Below, one piece after another: positions 1 to 12,300 of a DNA stretch of 64,000 nt (positions are counted from its first letter, which is position 1; each line of letters starts with the position of its first letter). Source of the stretch: Nymphaea colorata (Eukaryota); assembly GCF_008831285.2 (NCBI RefSeq), contig NC_045138.2, forward strand, positions 42,222,001 through 42,286,000, read 5' to 3'. Below the pieces are notes generated by a model that searched no databases, was not told where the DNA came from, and worked only from the letters and a program-made list of their open reading frames with translations. A program made the translations under genes and the position numbers.

Positions 1-1205
1 TTGATTTAAAATCATTTTTTGTTGGATAGATAAACAGTGGATCATCATGAGGGATATGAGAAAATTATCGGGTCTGGTTCCAGGCTAACCCCAAGCTTGA
101 CCTAGACCAATTACTAATGAACCGGGTAATGGGCCTAGCAATTATCTAAACTGCCCTATCTTTTTCTACTGAGAATCGGGCTGGGCTAGCCCGAACTGGC
201 CCAATGCCTCGCCCTGTTTGTTAATAGCACAGCACCTGTGTGTTTGTTTGCTTGTGTGTATGGGATCACCTCTGATCTCAAATCATCTCGTTGTTGGATC
301 TACAAACAATGGATCTTCATATGAGAAAAATTATCGGGCCAGGTGGGGTTTTGCCCTGGTACCAAGTTAACAAAAAGCATGACCCAGCCCAATTAGTAAT
401 GGGCTTGACAATTATTTAAACAACCCCAATGTTTTTTTTTTTTTTGAGAATCTGGTAGCGCTAGATCGGACTGGCTCAATGCCCTGGGCCTGACTTCCCC
501 TTTGATCTCAAATCAACTTTTTTGGTTGAACCCACAAACAGTGGATCTTAATGTGAGTAAGAAGGGAAAAAAAAAATGATCGGTTCAGCTGCCAGCCAAT
601 GGTTTCGGCTCGATTCCCTGCAAACCCCAAGCATGACCCTAGCCCAATTACTAACGGACTGTGTAATTTATCTAAACTCCCTCATCTTTTTCTTACGAGA
701 ATTGGGTAGGGCTAGACCGAACTGGCCCATTGCCTCACCCAATCTATTTATTAATAGCTCTTGTGTGTATGTTTGCTGAGATCCCCTCTGATCTTAAATC
801 ATCTTTTTGTTGGATCCACAAACAGTGGAACTTCATATAAGTGACGTGAAAAAAAAAAAAAAGATCGAGCCAAGTGTCAGGCAATGGTTTTGGCTTTGTA
901 CCTAGCCAACCCAATTACTAATGGACCGACCAGGTAATGGGCCTTGGTAATTATCTAAATAGCCCCATCGTTTTCTTATAACAAACGGCCAGGGCTAGCC
1001 GAGACTGGCCCACCCTATCTGTTAATAGCTCATGTGTGTTTGTTTGCCTGTGGGTTTGAGATCTCCTCTAATCTGAAGTTGTTGGATCCACGAGCAGTAG
1101 ATCTTCATCTGAATGCAATTAGAGCTGGGTGCCAGGTAATGGTTTTGGCCCGCTACCCAGCCAACCCCAGGCATGGCCCAGCCCAATTACCAATGGACCG
1201 GCAAG
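1..1205. repeat. Degenerate tandem repeat, about 4.5 units of ~230-290 bp (runs off window start)
   Basis: The motif series GATCTYAAATCA...GGATC(C)ACAAACAGTGGATCTT...CCCAATTACTAATGG...AATTATCTAAA...GGGCTAG...ACTGGCCCA recurs, with unit starts near 3, 274, 504, 790 and 1070. Confidence 0.75.
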
Positions 1206-3334
1206 AACTTCCATTAGCTGCATTTCGCCTTAGTCTTGATACCAAATTAATAAACCTTCATTTAAGAGAAAACGAAGTTGACAATAGGGTCGCCGTCTTG
1301 AATTTAGCTGAAAAATGTTAAAAAGGATGTTGCCCCTTGACAAAATTTACTCAGAGGAGTGGAAGGTTCTAAACGGAAAGAAAAAAAAACATGTTTAATA
1401 GTTGAAGAAGAAACTAGTTCATATTTTACAAAGGCTTATGTATGTCATTCTTCGAGCTAAAAACTAATGAAAATCATTGATTTAGCAGAATTCATTTCTG
1501 TAGCCACGAATGATCTCAAGGTATATTTTTGATGTAAAAAGAGGGAAGAGAGAAAATATTTACCACCATTCATTTGGAAAACTTCTTTTATGAAACTATA
1601 GGGAACAAATTTTGAACTAGAAAAAAAATGAAGGCACGGCTGGTTGGATGGCAAAAGACGACAGGAAAAGAGTGCATATTTAATCAGGGGTCCAAAGGGG
1701 ATTTTTATGAAATATTAATGGGCAAAAATGCCATTTTAAAGTAGGAACACATTGCAACATGGTTGGAAATAAATGTCGAGGACTTCTTGAATAATTAATG
1801 AAATGGTTAGAGTAAAAGTACGCTTTGAGTTTATTAGTAATCTGATTTTTTCAAAGTTAATGAGCAAATTTAAAAATTTAAAATAACATGAATGGCAATT
1901 ACTATAATTTGAGAGTGTTATTTGGAAACCACCCAAGTTAATAGAAAGATGGTGGATGTGTGGTTCCTTTAGATGGAGGAAGAAGAGCACTGTTTTTTCT
2001 GTTATTGTGGTTTACCTTCCTAATCATGTGTCAACAACAGAGTAGGGTGTCTTCTGCAATTAGAAGATTTGGTTTCTAATATGAGCAATACAGTCATCGT
2101 CCCCTACTTTAGGGCTCTCGTGCAGAACCTTTAACAAATTAATTGATTCTTGTTGTGCTGTATGCATGAAGTTGATGATCCCAGTGCAGGTTTCACTTGG
2201 TCTAATAGAAGACGGGAATAGGCTAGTTTTATGCAAACTAGACAGATCTCAGGTGAGTAAGTCTTGGGTGAAGCAGGAGGACTAGAGGTTTGAGTTGATG
2301 GCCTATGTTAGGCCGACTTCTTATCATAAGGCACTGGTTCCCAATGTAGAAGAAAGGCATCCTGCAGTGGAGTATCAGCATAACTTCAGATTCTTCAAGC
2401 CCTCTGTGTGCAGAGGGCAGAGCTGAAACCAGAAAGGCCTGGAATGAACAAATCTTTGGCAGTGAGGCTAAAGAGCTAAAGAGGAGAATATTCGATACAG
2501 TTTAAACAAATTTCTTTATATGGAGGAAGCTCTATGGAAAAACAAATCGAAAATAAGATGACTATGTGAGGAGGACAAAACACGTCTTTTCATCAAAAGA
2601 TTGCCAAGGGGAGGACCCAAAAAAATTATGTGGAAGAAATGGAGGTGAATGGGCAGCGGTTCCATGGTGAGGATGCAATCCTAGAAGTTGCGACCCAACA
2701 TTTTGAGGGCTTCACGAGCAGGTAGTGCAGAGGGAGATCTGTTTGCAATTGGGTTGGAGGGTCATGTGGTGTCCGAGGAGGAGAATGATGGCCGCCTTAA
2801 ACAGTCCAATAGAGAAGAGGTTTGAAATGCAGTTAAAAGTTTGGATAAAGAGTGCAGCTGGCTCAGATGGGTTCCCTAATTTCTTCTACCAAGAAATGTG
2901 GGAGGTGGTAGGAGAAGATGTTAGTCTGGCAGTAATGGACTTCTTTAAGACAGGAAAACTTGTGAGAAGCATTAACTATACTAATTTGATGCTAATTTCG
3001 AAAAGGAGGGGAGCATTAAAATTTGAGGAATTCTGGCCAATTTTTCTTGCAACACAGTGTACAAAATTATCTCCAAGATAATGGTTCTTGCGTATGCAGC
3101 CAGTGTTAGCACGGATCATAGGTGACTGCCAAGGTGCGTTTGTGAAAGAAAAGGTGATCCAAGATCAAATCCTCCTTGCCCTTGAAGTTGTGGATTGGTT
3201 AAGCAATAGATCACAGTCTGCCATATGCCTGAAAATGGAGTTATATGATAAGAAATTTAACTGAAATGATCGGTGGAGAATTGGTTCGTAAATTTGAGAA
3301 AAAACTATCTTGTTGGAAGGCGCAGAGTTTGTCT

Positions 3335-3809
3335 TGTTGGGATTTCTCCCCATAACGCATATACAAAACCAAACGTATATACCCTAAAACAGGATCATGC
3401 TCATGCTAAATCATTGAAATAAACAAAACCTTAAACTGAAGCGGAAGCGTACCTGAATCCATCTGATCTGGTGCACGGGAAGATCGCAGCAGTGTCTTCC
3501 AGGGTACGTGCGGCGCGCTTGAGGTCTCTCTCAGATGGGGAAGAGGAAAACCCTAGAAACCAATGTTTCAGGCAACCATTGCACGACCCTAGAGACCACT
3601 ACCATTTTATAATAAGGACAATTACAGATTTCGCCCATCAAAAACTCCGTAATTACGTACTGGTATCTATACATTTCAAAATTACCCCATACCATCTAAA
3701 ATGACGTAATATCCCAAAATGCAATCACTTAAGCGGATATTTACGTTAAGATAGCCATAATGTCTGAAATTCCTCATAGACATAAGCCGGCCCACCAAAT
3801 GATCTTACA
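3335..3809 (-). repeat. 3' LTR of copia 3335-9398
   Basis: Direct repeat of 8924-9398, adjacent to the PPT. Confidence 0.95.
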
Positions 3810-4215
3810 ATCTCCCACTTGGGCCAAATATGTCTTTGTACATTCAGACATTATATAAAACCTTAGGAGCTCATAATTGCTATCTTATTAAACGTCATTT
3901 CACCAATCTCGTCCATGATCATATCAACACATAACCAAAGCGGCTTTCGCTATAATAAAATTAGCTAAACCTTCAATGATCACAAATGTTAACATAATCA
4001 ATGACATAGATCTGATATGGATGTATAGCATGAGAATTACATGTAATGTGATTACAACATGTCTATTCTCAACTGGTTCAACTTTAAAACCTTATGGAGA
4101 TCAAAACATAAACACAGAATGGAACCAAATAACTTTACACTTTATTCTGCAGAAAACTGAATACATGTCCATACATTAGAGCAAACAAAATACAAACTCC
4201 CACTAAACCAGCACA

Positions 4216-6878
4216 TCATCCAATGATAACACCCCATACGAACACATGTTCGTGAAAGACCTTATGTGTTAAACCCTTGGTAAGCGGATCCGCAATCATA
4301 GAGTTTGTCCCAATATGCTTTAAAGACACCTGACCATTCTGTATCCCCTCTTTAACAACCCAAATACTTAATGTCGATGTGCTTCGACTTTGACAAACTG
4401 TGGCTGTTTTAAGAGTACATGACTGCTCAATTATTGTCATACAACAACCTTAGTGGTCTTTCTATACCATACATAATGCGCAGCCTCGTGACAAAATTCT
4501 GCAATCACAAAACCTGATTGAATGCCATTATCTTGGCACCCAGCAAAGTCAGAATCTGAATACCCAATGATCTCCCACTGGTCTGACTTCCTGTATGTGA
4601 GTATAAAATCTTATGTTCCTTTTAAGTACCTCAAAACTCTTTTGGCTGCTTTCCAATGATCCATATCAGGATCACTTAAGTATCTGCCAAACATTCCAAC
4701 GATAAATGCAATCCGGATGAGTACAAAACTGAGTATACATAAGGCTTCCCACAACAAATGAATAGGGAATCCTTTCCATTTCCTTAGATTCAATTTCACT
4801 TTTAGGGCACTGTTTGAGACTAAATTTGTCTCCTTTAGCAACTGGAGTATCTCCTGGTTTACAATCCTTCATGCCATATCGCTGAAGCACCTTATCAATG
4901 TAGGTCTTTTGTGATAATCCAAGAATACCCCGAGAACGATATCGAAATATTTGGATTCCTAATACAAAAGATGAACAACCAAGATCCTTCATGTCAAACT
5001 TTGATGACAAAAAATTCTTAGTTTCATGCAATATGCCCACATCATTATTTGCCAGCAATATATCATCGACATATAAAACCAGAAAGATAAATTTGCCCCA
5101 CTGAAGTTTTGGCATACACATTCATCAACCATATTAGTCTCGAAACCAAATGAAACTATAACTTGATGAAACTTGTAATATCACTGATAGGAATCTTGCT
5201 TTAGCCCATAGATGGACTTCTTAAGTTTGTAAACCATTTTCTTTGCATTTCCTGAAGCAAAGTTTTCTGGTTGCACCATATATATCGTTTCATCAATGTC
5301 TCTATTTAGAAACGCTGTCTTAACATCCATCTGATGCAGCTCTAAGTCAAAATGAGCCACAAGTTCCATTATGGTCCTGAAAGAGTCTTTCGACGAAACT
5401 GGAGAGAAAGTCTCTGTATAATCAATGCCTTCCTTTTGAGTAAAGCCCTTTGCAACAAGACGTGCCTTATACCTTTCGATGTTTCCTAATGAATCCCTCT
5501 TGGTTTTAAATATCCATTTACAACCAATGGGTTTCACACCTTCAGGCAAGGGAACAACTTCTCATACATCATTATCCATCATGGACTTTATTTCCTTATT
5601 CATGGCATCCATCCACTTAAGAGATTTAGAACTCTTTATTGCTTGCTGGAGGTTGACAGGATCATCCTCCATTAAGCCCATATCAACATCATGTTCTTGG
5701 AGATAGACAAAATCATTTGAAATTGTATTTCTCCTCTCTCTAGTGGATCTCCTCAATGACACCTCTACTTGATTTTCTTGAGGTTGTTGAGTTTCTTCTT
5801 CAGTATGGAGATCGACATCATTGCCTTCTTCTGAATATGTTGATAGAACAATGGCAGGAATGAATACCTGACTATTGCTTACAACATCTGTATGAGTGGA
5901 CTCAGGTCTCTCTTCAAAGGCAATGCTCCTAACCTGATCACCTCCCCAAACTCAATATCCTCAAAGAAATGAGCATTTTCCTTTCAAAGAAAGACTTCTT
6001 GAATGGATTATAAAACTTATAACCCCTTAATATTTGTTCATTTTCCCTTTATACATTCAATGCAAACATTAAAGTCTGCAAAATCAAGGGACTTAAGAAT
6101 TCCTTTTGACATAAGCCTTTATATTCTCTTTTCAGAAATATGTCCTAAACGCCAATGTCATAACATAGCAGAATTCTCTTTGGCTAATTTCTTTTAGTAC
6201 CACTAAACGTAACGTGCAAGGTTTCATTATATGAAGCAACCGTATCAAGCAAATAAAGGTTATCGCTACTAGACAAAGAACCAGTGACAATCAAATTTGA
6301 GTACAGAAACAACTTAAGTTTACTTCCTCCAAATGAACAATAATAATCGAATTTGTCCAATGAGGAAATAAGAAACCAAATTCTGTCTAAGAGACGGTAC
6401 CACATAAGTTTCTGTCAAATTCAAATAGCAACCAGTCTTTAACAATAACCGAAAATCTACTATGGCTTCAACATTCGCCTTCTTGCCATCGCCCACATAG
6501 ATGAATCTTTCAGCATCAATTAGCGTTCGACAATTTAGGCAGTCTTGCATAAAGACACTTATGTGAGTAGTAGTACCTGAATCTACCCACCAAGTGTTTC
6601 TGGGTACTGAAGTTAAATTAACCTCAGAACAAACCAAAGTGAGAAGTGTACCATTCCTTTCACGCCATACGTGATATTTAGTACAATCTTCCTTCATATG
6701 ACCTTCACCTTGGAAAAGAAGCAGCCTGATAGGCATTCCTTATGCTTCTTTTGTTTCTTAACGGTTGATTGGTCAACTGCAACTTCTTTAACAGTCTTTC
6801 TTTTCTTACTTATAAAAATCGAATCATTCATCTCAGTAATAGTACTCAAATTTGCCAATATCATGGAAGCAGAACTCA
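4216..6878 (-). pseudogene. Disrupted gag-pol of copia 3335-9398
   Basis: Fragment ORFs 6694-6915, 6320-6736, 5562-5762, 5181-5549, 4672-5121, 4611-4841 and 4216-4440 carry gag, PR, RT and RNase H motifs, separated by frameshifts, stops and deletions. Confidence 0.9.
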
Positions 6879-7649
6879 CTGTACAAAGAACAAACCAAAG
6901 CATGCTCACAATCAATACATGTACAAAGATGAAATAACAAATATAAATGAATTTAAATACAATGGCCTAAATCCCATCACAAGGTACCGGTGCAACATTA
7001 ATATCCAATCTTTGGATTGAAATACTAACTGCAAGTGGTATTCTTGGTCAACAATGAATATAGATAATTAACTCTGTCAAACAACGAGCCTATCTTTGGA
7101 TTGACTCGCTATTCACATGGAAACCTGAAAAATTATCACATATTCATTGCCCTGTATACTTAAACATGACCAAACAACAATCCTCCTTTGGGCTGATCAT
7201 TGTCCGCATGGATCAAGTATACTATCATCTAATGTAAGTATACTATCATCTAATGTTTAAAACAAGTAAATTCGTACAACAGAGGTCACTTTAGCGACAT
7301 AAAATACAAACTTACTCATTTGAAACAACAGACATGGCCAAAGATCAAATTCATAATCCAAATATTCATCTAAAGTACACCCATAATTTTAATAACATGC
7401 AAAACATGATACATGAATTAAAATTTACATACAAAATTTACCATTCATTGAATCCAAAACCAAAAGATTCAATGATGTGACACATACAAAATTGCCTTAC
7501 ATGAATCCAAAACCTGATGCATAAACCAAATTACCATACACGTATGCCCTACATTAAATCCAAAACCAAAATGATTCAATGAAATGGGCCCAAAAGAGTC
7601 CAAAATTTATAAACCAGTACCATAATCGTGCTTAAGAGGGTCAAGAACT

Positions 7650-8065
7650 ACTGAATCGGCCTTAAAATAGTCTGTATCGTTCTTAAACCACAACAAAAGC
7701 ACCCACAAAGGCCCTAAATATGGTTGAACCGGTCTAAAAATTAGACGAACCGTTAAAAATTAGACCGTATCGGTTCCAAAACCCAATGAACCGGTTAAAA
7801 AATGGCAAAAATAGGTTCAAAAACTGAATGAACCGGTCCCAAAATGGTCCGAATCGGGTTTAAAAGGTCTGAACCGGTTCTAAAACTGAATGAATCGCTC
7901 CACCAAATATCTGAATCGGTCCTCGAAGGTGCGAACCGGTTCGAAAACCAATTGAACCGGTCCAAAAAAGGTCTGAATCAGTTCCATCATGTCCGAACCG
8001 ATTCAGAATCGATTGAATCGGTCTGAAACTGAATGAACCGGTTCGATTCTTTACAGAACCGGTTT
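7650..8065. repeat. Degenerate short repeat array (GAAYCGGTY motif roughly every 10-22 bp) in the copia leader
   Basis: About 20 or more GAACCGGT/GAATCGGT-like motifs are visible between 7650 and 8065. Confidence 0.75.
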
Positions 8066-8923
8066 GACAATAATGAACTGATTCTTTAAAATTAAACCGC
8101 ATGGATACAGCGCGCAGACCGGCGGGCGACGGCAAAATGGTTTTTTTTTTTTTTTTTTAACTGATGGATCCGGATCGGGTCTGTCAAGACCCGACCCGGT
8201 CTGACCCGCCCGCTCGACCGCGTGAGCGGTCGCAGGCGTCGTCTCCACCGCTCGCCTGCCGAACGGCAGGCGTGCGGTGGTGATCCTCCGGCAGGCCACC
8301 CAACTGCGTGGGTGGCCGCCGGCGGGTGCCGCCTCGACGACCGGCCGTCGCCGCTGCGATGGCCGGCCATCGCCCGCCCAAAACCGGTCGATTCCGGCCG
8401 GTTTTGGCCCTTGCCTGATTTTATCCCCTTTTCTGATTTCCGCCCCTATCGACTGGAATGGGCGGCTGAAACGGCAGCGGGCAGGCCGCGAGTGGGCACC
8501 GCACGGCTCCATCCGACGACGGCGAACCCGCTGTGGCCTCCCTTCCCAGTCGTCGCCCATCAACGGAAGGCCAACGCCTTCCATCGTCTCCCCTTTTCCT
8601 ATGTGTTGTTGAGACGGCGACGAATAATCCACCGGCAGGCCACCCAACGGCGTGGGTGGCCGCCGGCGGGTGGCACAAGGATGCTAGGTTCGGCTGTCGC
8701 CTAATGGCCGGCCGACGCCCTTCCTTACACCTCCGTCGCCCTTCCCTATTCCCCCTTCCTGTGGCTGCAATGGAAGCCTTCCGTTGCTTGCCCAATTTTT
8801 TTTTTTTTTTTGAAAAACTTGCAGCCGAAGAACAAAAAGGGAAACATCCGAACGGGAAGAACGACGCACAAAATCACCCAAAAGATCAACGATTCAACAA
8901 TGAGCATAGGCTCTGATACCAAT

Positions 8924-9398
8924 TGTTGGGATTTCTTCCCATAACGCATATACAAAACCAAACGTATATACCCTAAAACAGGATCATGCTCATGCTAAAT
9001 CATTGAAATAAACGAAACCTTAAACTGAAGCGGAAGCGTACCTGAATCCATCTGATCTGGTGCACGGGAAGATCGTAGCAGTGTCTTCCAGGGTACGTGC
9101 GGCGCGCTTGAGGTCTCTCTCAGATGGGGAAGAGGAAAACCCTAGAAACCAATGTTTCAGGCAACCATTGCACGACCCCAGGGACCACTACCATTTTATA
9201 ATAAGGACAATTACGGATTCCGCCCATCAAAGACTCGGTAATTGCGTATTGGTATCTATACATTTCAAAATTACCCCATATCATCTAAAATGACGTAATA
9301 TCCCAAAATGCAATCACTTAAGCGGATATTTATGTTAAGATAGCCATAATGTCTGAAATTCCTCATAGACATAAGCCGGCCCACCAAATGATCTTACA
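8924..9398 (-). repeat. 5' LTR of copia 3335-9398
   Basis: Direct repeat of 3335-3809, adjacent to the tRNA-iMet PBS, with a TATA-like TTATAAAA on the minus strand at ~9193-9200. Confidence 0.95.
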
Positions 9399-12300
9399 TG
9401 TCTTACAGTGGCTGGCTTAGTTTAGTGAAATTTAACCTTGATACGCTGGCTTCCTACTGAATACAAAGCTTTCGCCTTCCTAATCTAGTGATTACTAGAT
9501 TGGAGAAATGTTTATCTCAATTCTTATGGTCTGAGGAAGCAAGTGGGAAGAAAAAGTAGCACCTTATTAAATGGGGAACTGTATGCAGGCCTAAGAAGAA
9601 GGTGGTCTAGGCTCAAAGCATTTGCAAGAGGTAAATGAAATTTATTTGGCCAGCAGAGTTGTTGGAATGTATAATAGGGACTGCGGGCCTCAAGTCCACG
9701 GTGGAGCGACATGTTAAATTAGTTTGACTTGGTTTCCCACCACTTAAGTAGTTGCTCTGTTGTCAAGAAAAATACCAAAGCTCGTTGTTTCTTTGTTCTA
9801 AATAAAAATTGTCCAAAATCCAGATTGGGGCAAGCTAGCTTTCTCTTCAGATGGTACTATATTTTACTTTTAAGCAAGCTACCCTTTCTCTTATACTTAG
9901 CCTGATTTCGGGCCATCCTCTTCCTTCTAGCATAGCTTTAGAACCTATTTTCCATCTTGTGTTGGGGGCAACGATTGGCAGACAAGTATCACGTTGGTTG
10001 AGCATAGAAAATTCTGCAAAATCCTACTCCTGTATAGCTACCTTGCTGCTTACCTTTGTCTCCCTCCTGCCTATATTTCTACTTTATTGACCGTACTGGC
10101 TAGACCGCAAGTAGAATGCATATTTATAGAAAGTAGATACTTCTTAATAATGGCCTCTGAACACTACCCTACTAGGAAACTATGCTGATATATGGTGGTT
10201 GATTCTCAATCTGGCCTTTTGACAGGAACCACCACGGGAAAGTTGTTGAGAATTTTGTATTATGGCAGCATATTTGCTTTAGTGCATATTGCACCTAGAA
10301 AAACTTCAATACTAAGAATGAAGCTTACATGTTCACTCTGTGGCCATCATTTATTTTTCCTTGAATTTTGTGCACCTATGTGGTTCCCTCATTAGTAGGA
10401 AAAGTGAGTTCTAAAATAAATAGAAACAGATGGAAGCAAATAGATCACCACATAAATGGAGGTGTGTCCATTCTAAGATGATGCACCATGAAGAATTTCA
10501 CCCAGATTTTGGGTGTTGTAAACAATCTTGTCTGCTACACAGTAAGAAAGAGAATAATATGAATAAGAAAGCTGAGTAGATGTCTACTACACAGTAGATG
10601 TCAGCTTGTTTACTTTCACCTTCAACAAACTTCCCCAAAAAATAAAACTTGCCCCATCATGGTACTAACAGAAGAGACCCCAGCAGGGTTCAGTTTGTGA
10701 ATTAATATATCATCCCTCACTAGCTTGACTTTGTGTTGTTTCTTGAAGTTCGTCTCCGATGATTGGAACAACCCTTCCACAAGTAAACCACAAATTGAAG
10801 TGAAAAAAACAAATAAAATTTCAAAGCATACATAGCCTCCACAGTAATTCTAAAACTTTGTGTATAAAATTTCTTTGCCATAAAGGAGATCCCTGAAAAT
10901 TACCCCCTTGTGTAAGATTCCACCATCTTATTCTATGTGTTTTCATAAAGCATCATATAGACTGCGCAAGTAATTGTTTTTGTTCATTAGTTACAACAAA
11001 AAGCCACATTTCAGATTGAGTAGTGGCACAACTGAGACATTTTATAGCTCTACATCCGTGCATGTTCAAATATGCTTATCATGAACCACAATCTCCATGT
11101 TAGAGCTCTTTCTTCCTAAAATTGCTTGGTTATTCTCTGCTCTATCATTCAATTTGTCTATCATGATCCGTTTCTCATTTGGCAGCTTTTGGGAATCATA
11201 TATTTTGTAGACAGCATCTTTCTTTCTGTCCAAAAGTCAATCTTTGTGTTTATATAAAGCATTTCTGATGTATGTACATTTTATAGATAATGGCCACAGA
11301 CATTTAGTCACGTCCCCAAGGAATATCTTGATCCAGAACTAGCCCGTCCAAATTCTAATATGGTATGCCGTTGTTGACAAGTAAAGAGGTCTGATTAAGA
11401 AGTCATATATGTTGGTGAACATTTGAAGCCAGGTATAGTTCGTGAAGGTTTATACTACACTTGGTTCTGACCTTGAGTTGTATTAAGATCTCATACCAAT
11501 AATATACAATGCTTATAATATTTTGGTTTGCGATAGCAGGACCTAGGCATTCGCATATGTACATGCTAGTATGCTTCACTACAAATATGGCTATAGGTTT
11601 ATACATATAGTTTGTTAGACAGAATTTGATGTATACCTATGTATTTGGCCGCTGAGAACTATTTATTTTTTATCAAATAAATAATTTGGACGATCTAGCT
11701 TTATGCACATAGGATCACGTTCAATATAAACATGATTCCATGGAAAATTCAGTCTAGATCCAAGAAATTCGAGTTCAAATAAGTTCAGAGCAAGGTGAAT
11801 TTGAACTCCTGATCGAATTAGTTTGAACTGTCAGTAAACTGAAATAAACTGGATCTGAAGTCAACGAACTAAGATCCAACTAAAGGAAATACAGTTGAAC
11901 ATGGTAGATCTGTTTCTAGTTCAAACTGAGTTCTCATCAGTTCAGCATAGTTAATTTTCAGTTTGAGCTGGAGATCTGCATTGGAAGGCAGTTAGAACTA
12001 AATTTGAATGTGGAAAGATTTCAAATGAACTGATCTGAATTTGAATGTGGAAAGAGGTAGTTCTCACAGTAGTGTACTTGATCCTACCTCAGTTTAAGCT
12101 GACATGATCTGGTCGAGACTTGACATAACTCGGTTTTAACTTTTAACTTAGGTAGTCGAGAGAGTGACATGATGAAAACATGCACTAAGCTAGAACTGAT
12201 GTTGTGATACTTGTAGTTCTATCTGAGCCGGATTTTGAGTTGATTCCACTGAGGTGAGCTCATTCTAGACTTGTTGAAAGTTCAGGGTGCCAGGCGACCT

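Larger units (their letters stand above)
3335..9398 (-). mobile_element. Ty1/copia LTR retrotransposon (TAR-like lineage by inference), internally deleted, non-autonomous
   Basis: 475-bp TG..CA LTRs at 3335-3809 and 8924-9398 (about 13 mismatches by eye). TSD TGTCT (3330-3334, 9399-9403). PBS TGGTATCAGAGCC (8909-8921, -). PPT AAGTGGGAGAT (3810-3820, -). Coding remnants: zinc knuckle, protease WWVDSGTTTH, RT ([23 protein letters not shown]) and RNase H (ADPLTKGL). Confidence 0.95.
2150..10400 (+). mobile_element. Decayed L1-type LINE (ORF2 remnant), interrupted by the copia at 3335-9398
   Basis: GFTWSNRR (~2190); DGFPNFFYQEMWEVVGEDV...FFKTGKLVRSINYTNLMLI (2860-3050); LVRKFEKKLSCWKAQSLS just before the insertion. 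It resumes after 9403 as ...FLWSEEASGKKK*HLIKWGTVCRPK..GGLG, with a CSLC..HLFF..C..W zinc-finger remnant at ~10330-10385. Many stops and frameshifts, and the RT core is missing. Confidence 0.8.

Noticed and set aside
3471..3704. 77-aa ORF repeated at 9060-9293
   Set aside because: It is the antisense reading of the two LTRs, starts at GTG, and is duplicated only because the LTR is.
8051..8961. Cluster of overlapping 65-198 aa ORFs on both strands
   Set aside because: They fall in the very GC-rich copia leader where stop codons are rare. The translations are low-complexity R/P/G/A with no domain motif.
11290..11420. EYLDPE-like stretch resembling a receptor-kinase GYLDPEY motif
   Set aside because: Only 5 matching residues, with no other kinase subdomain in frame; compatible with chance.
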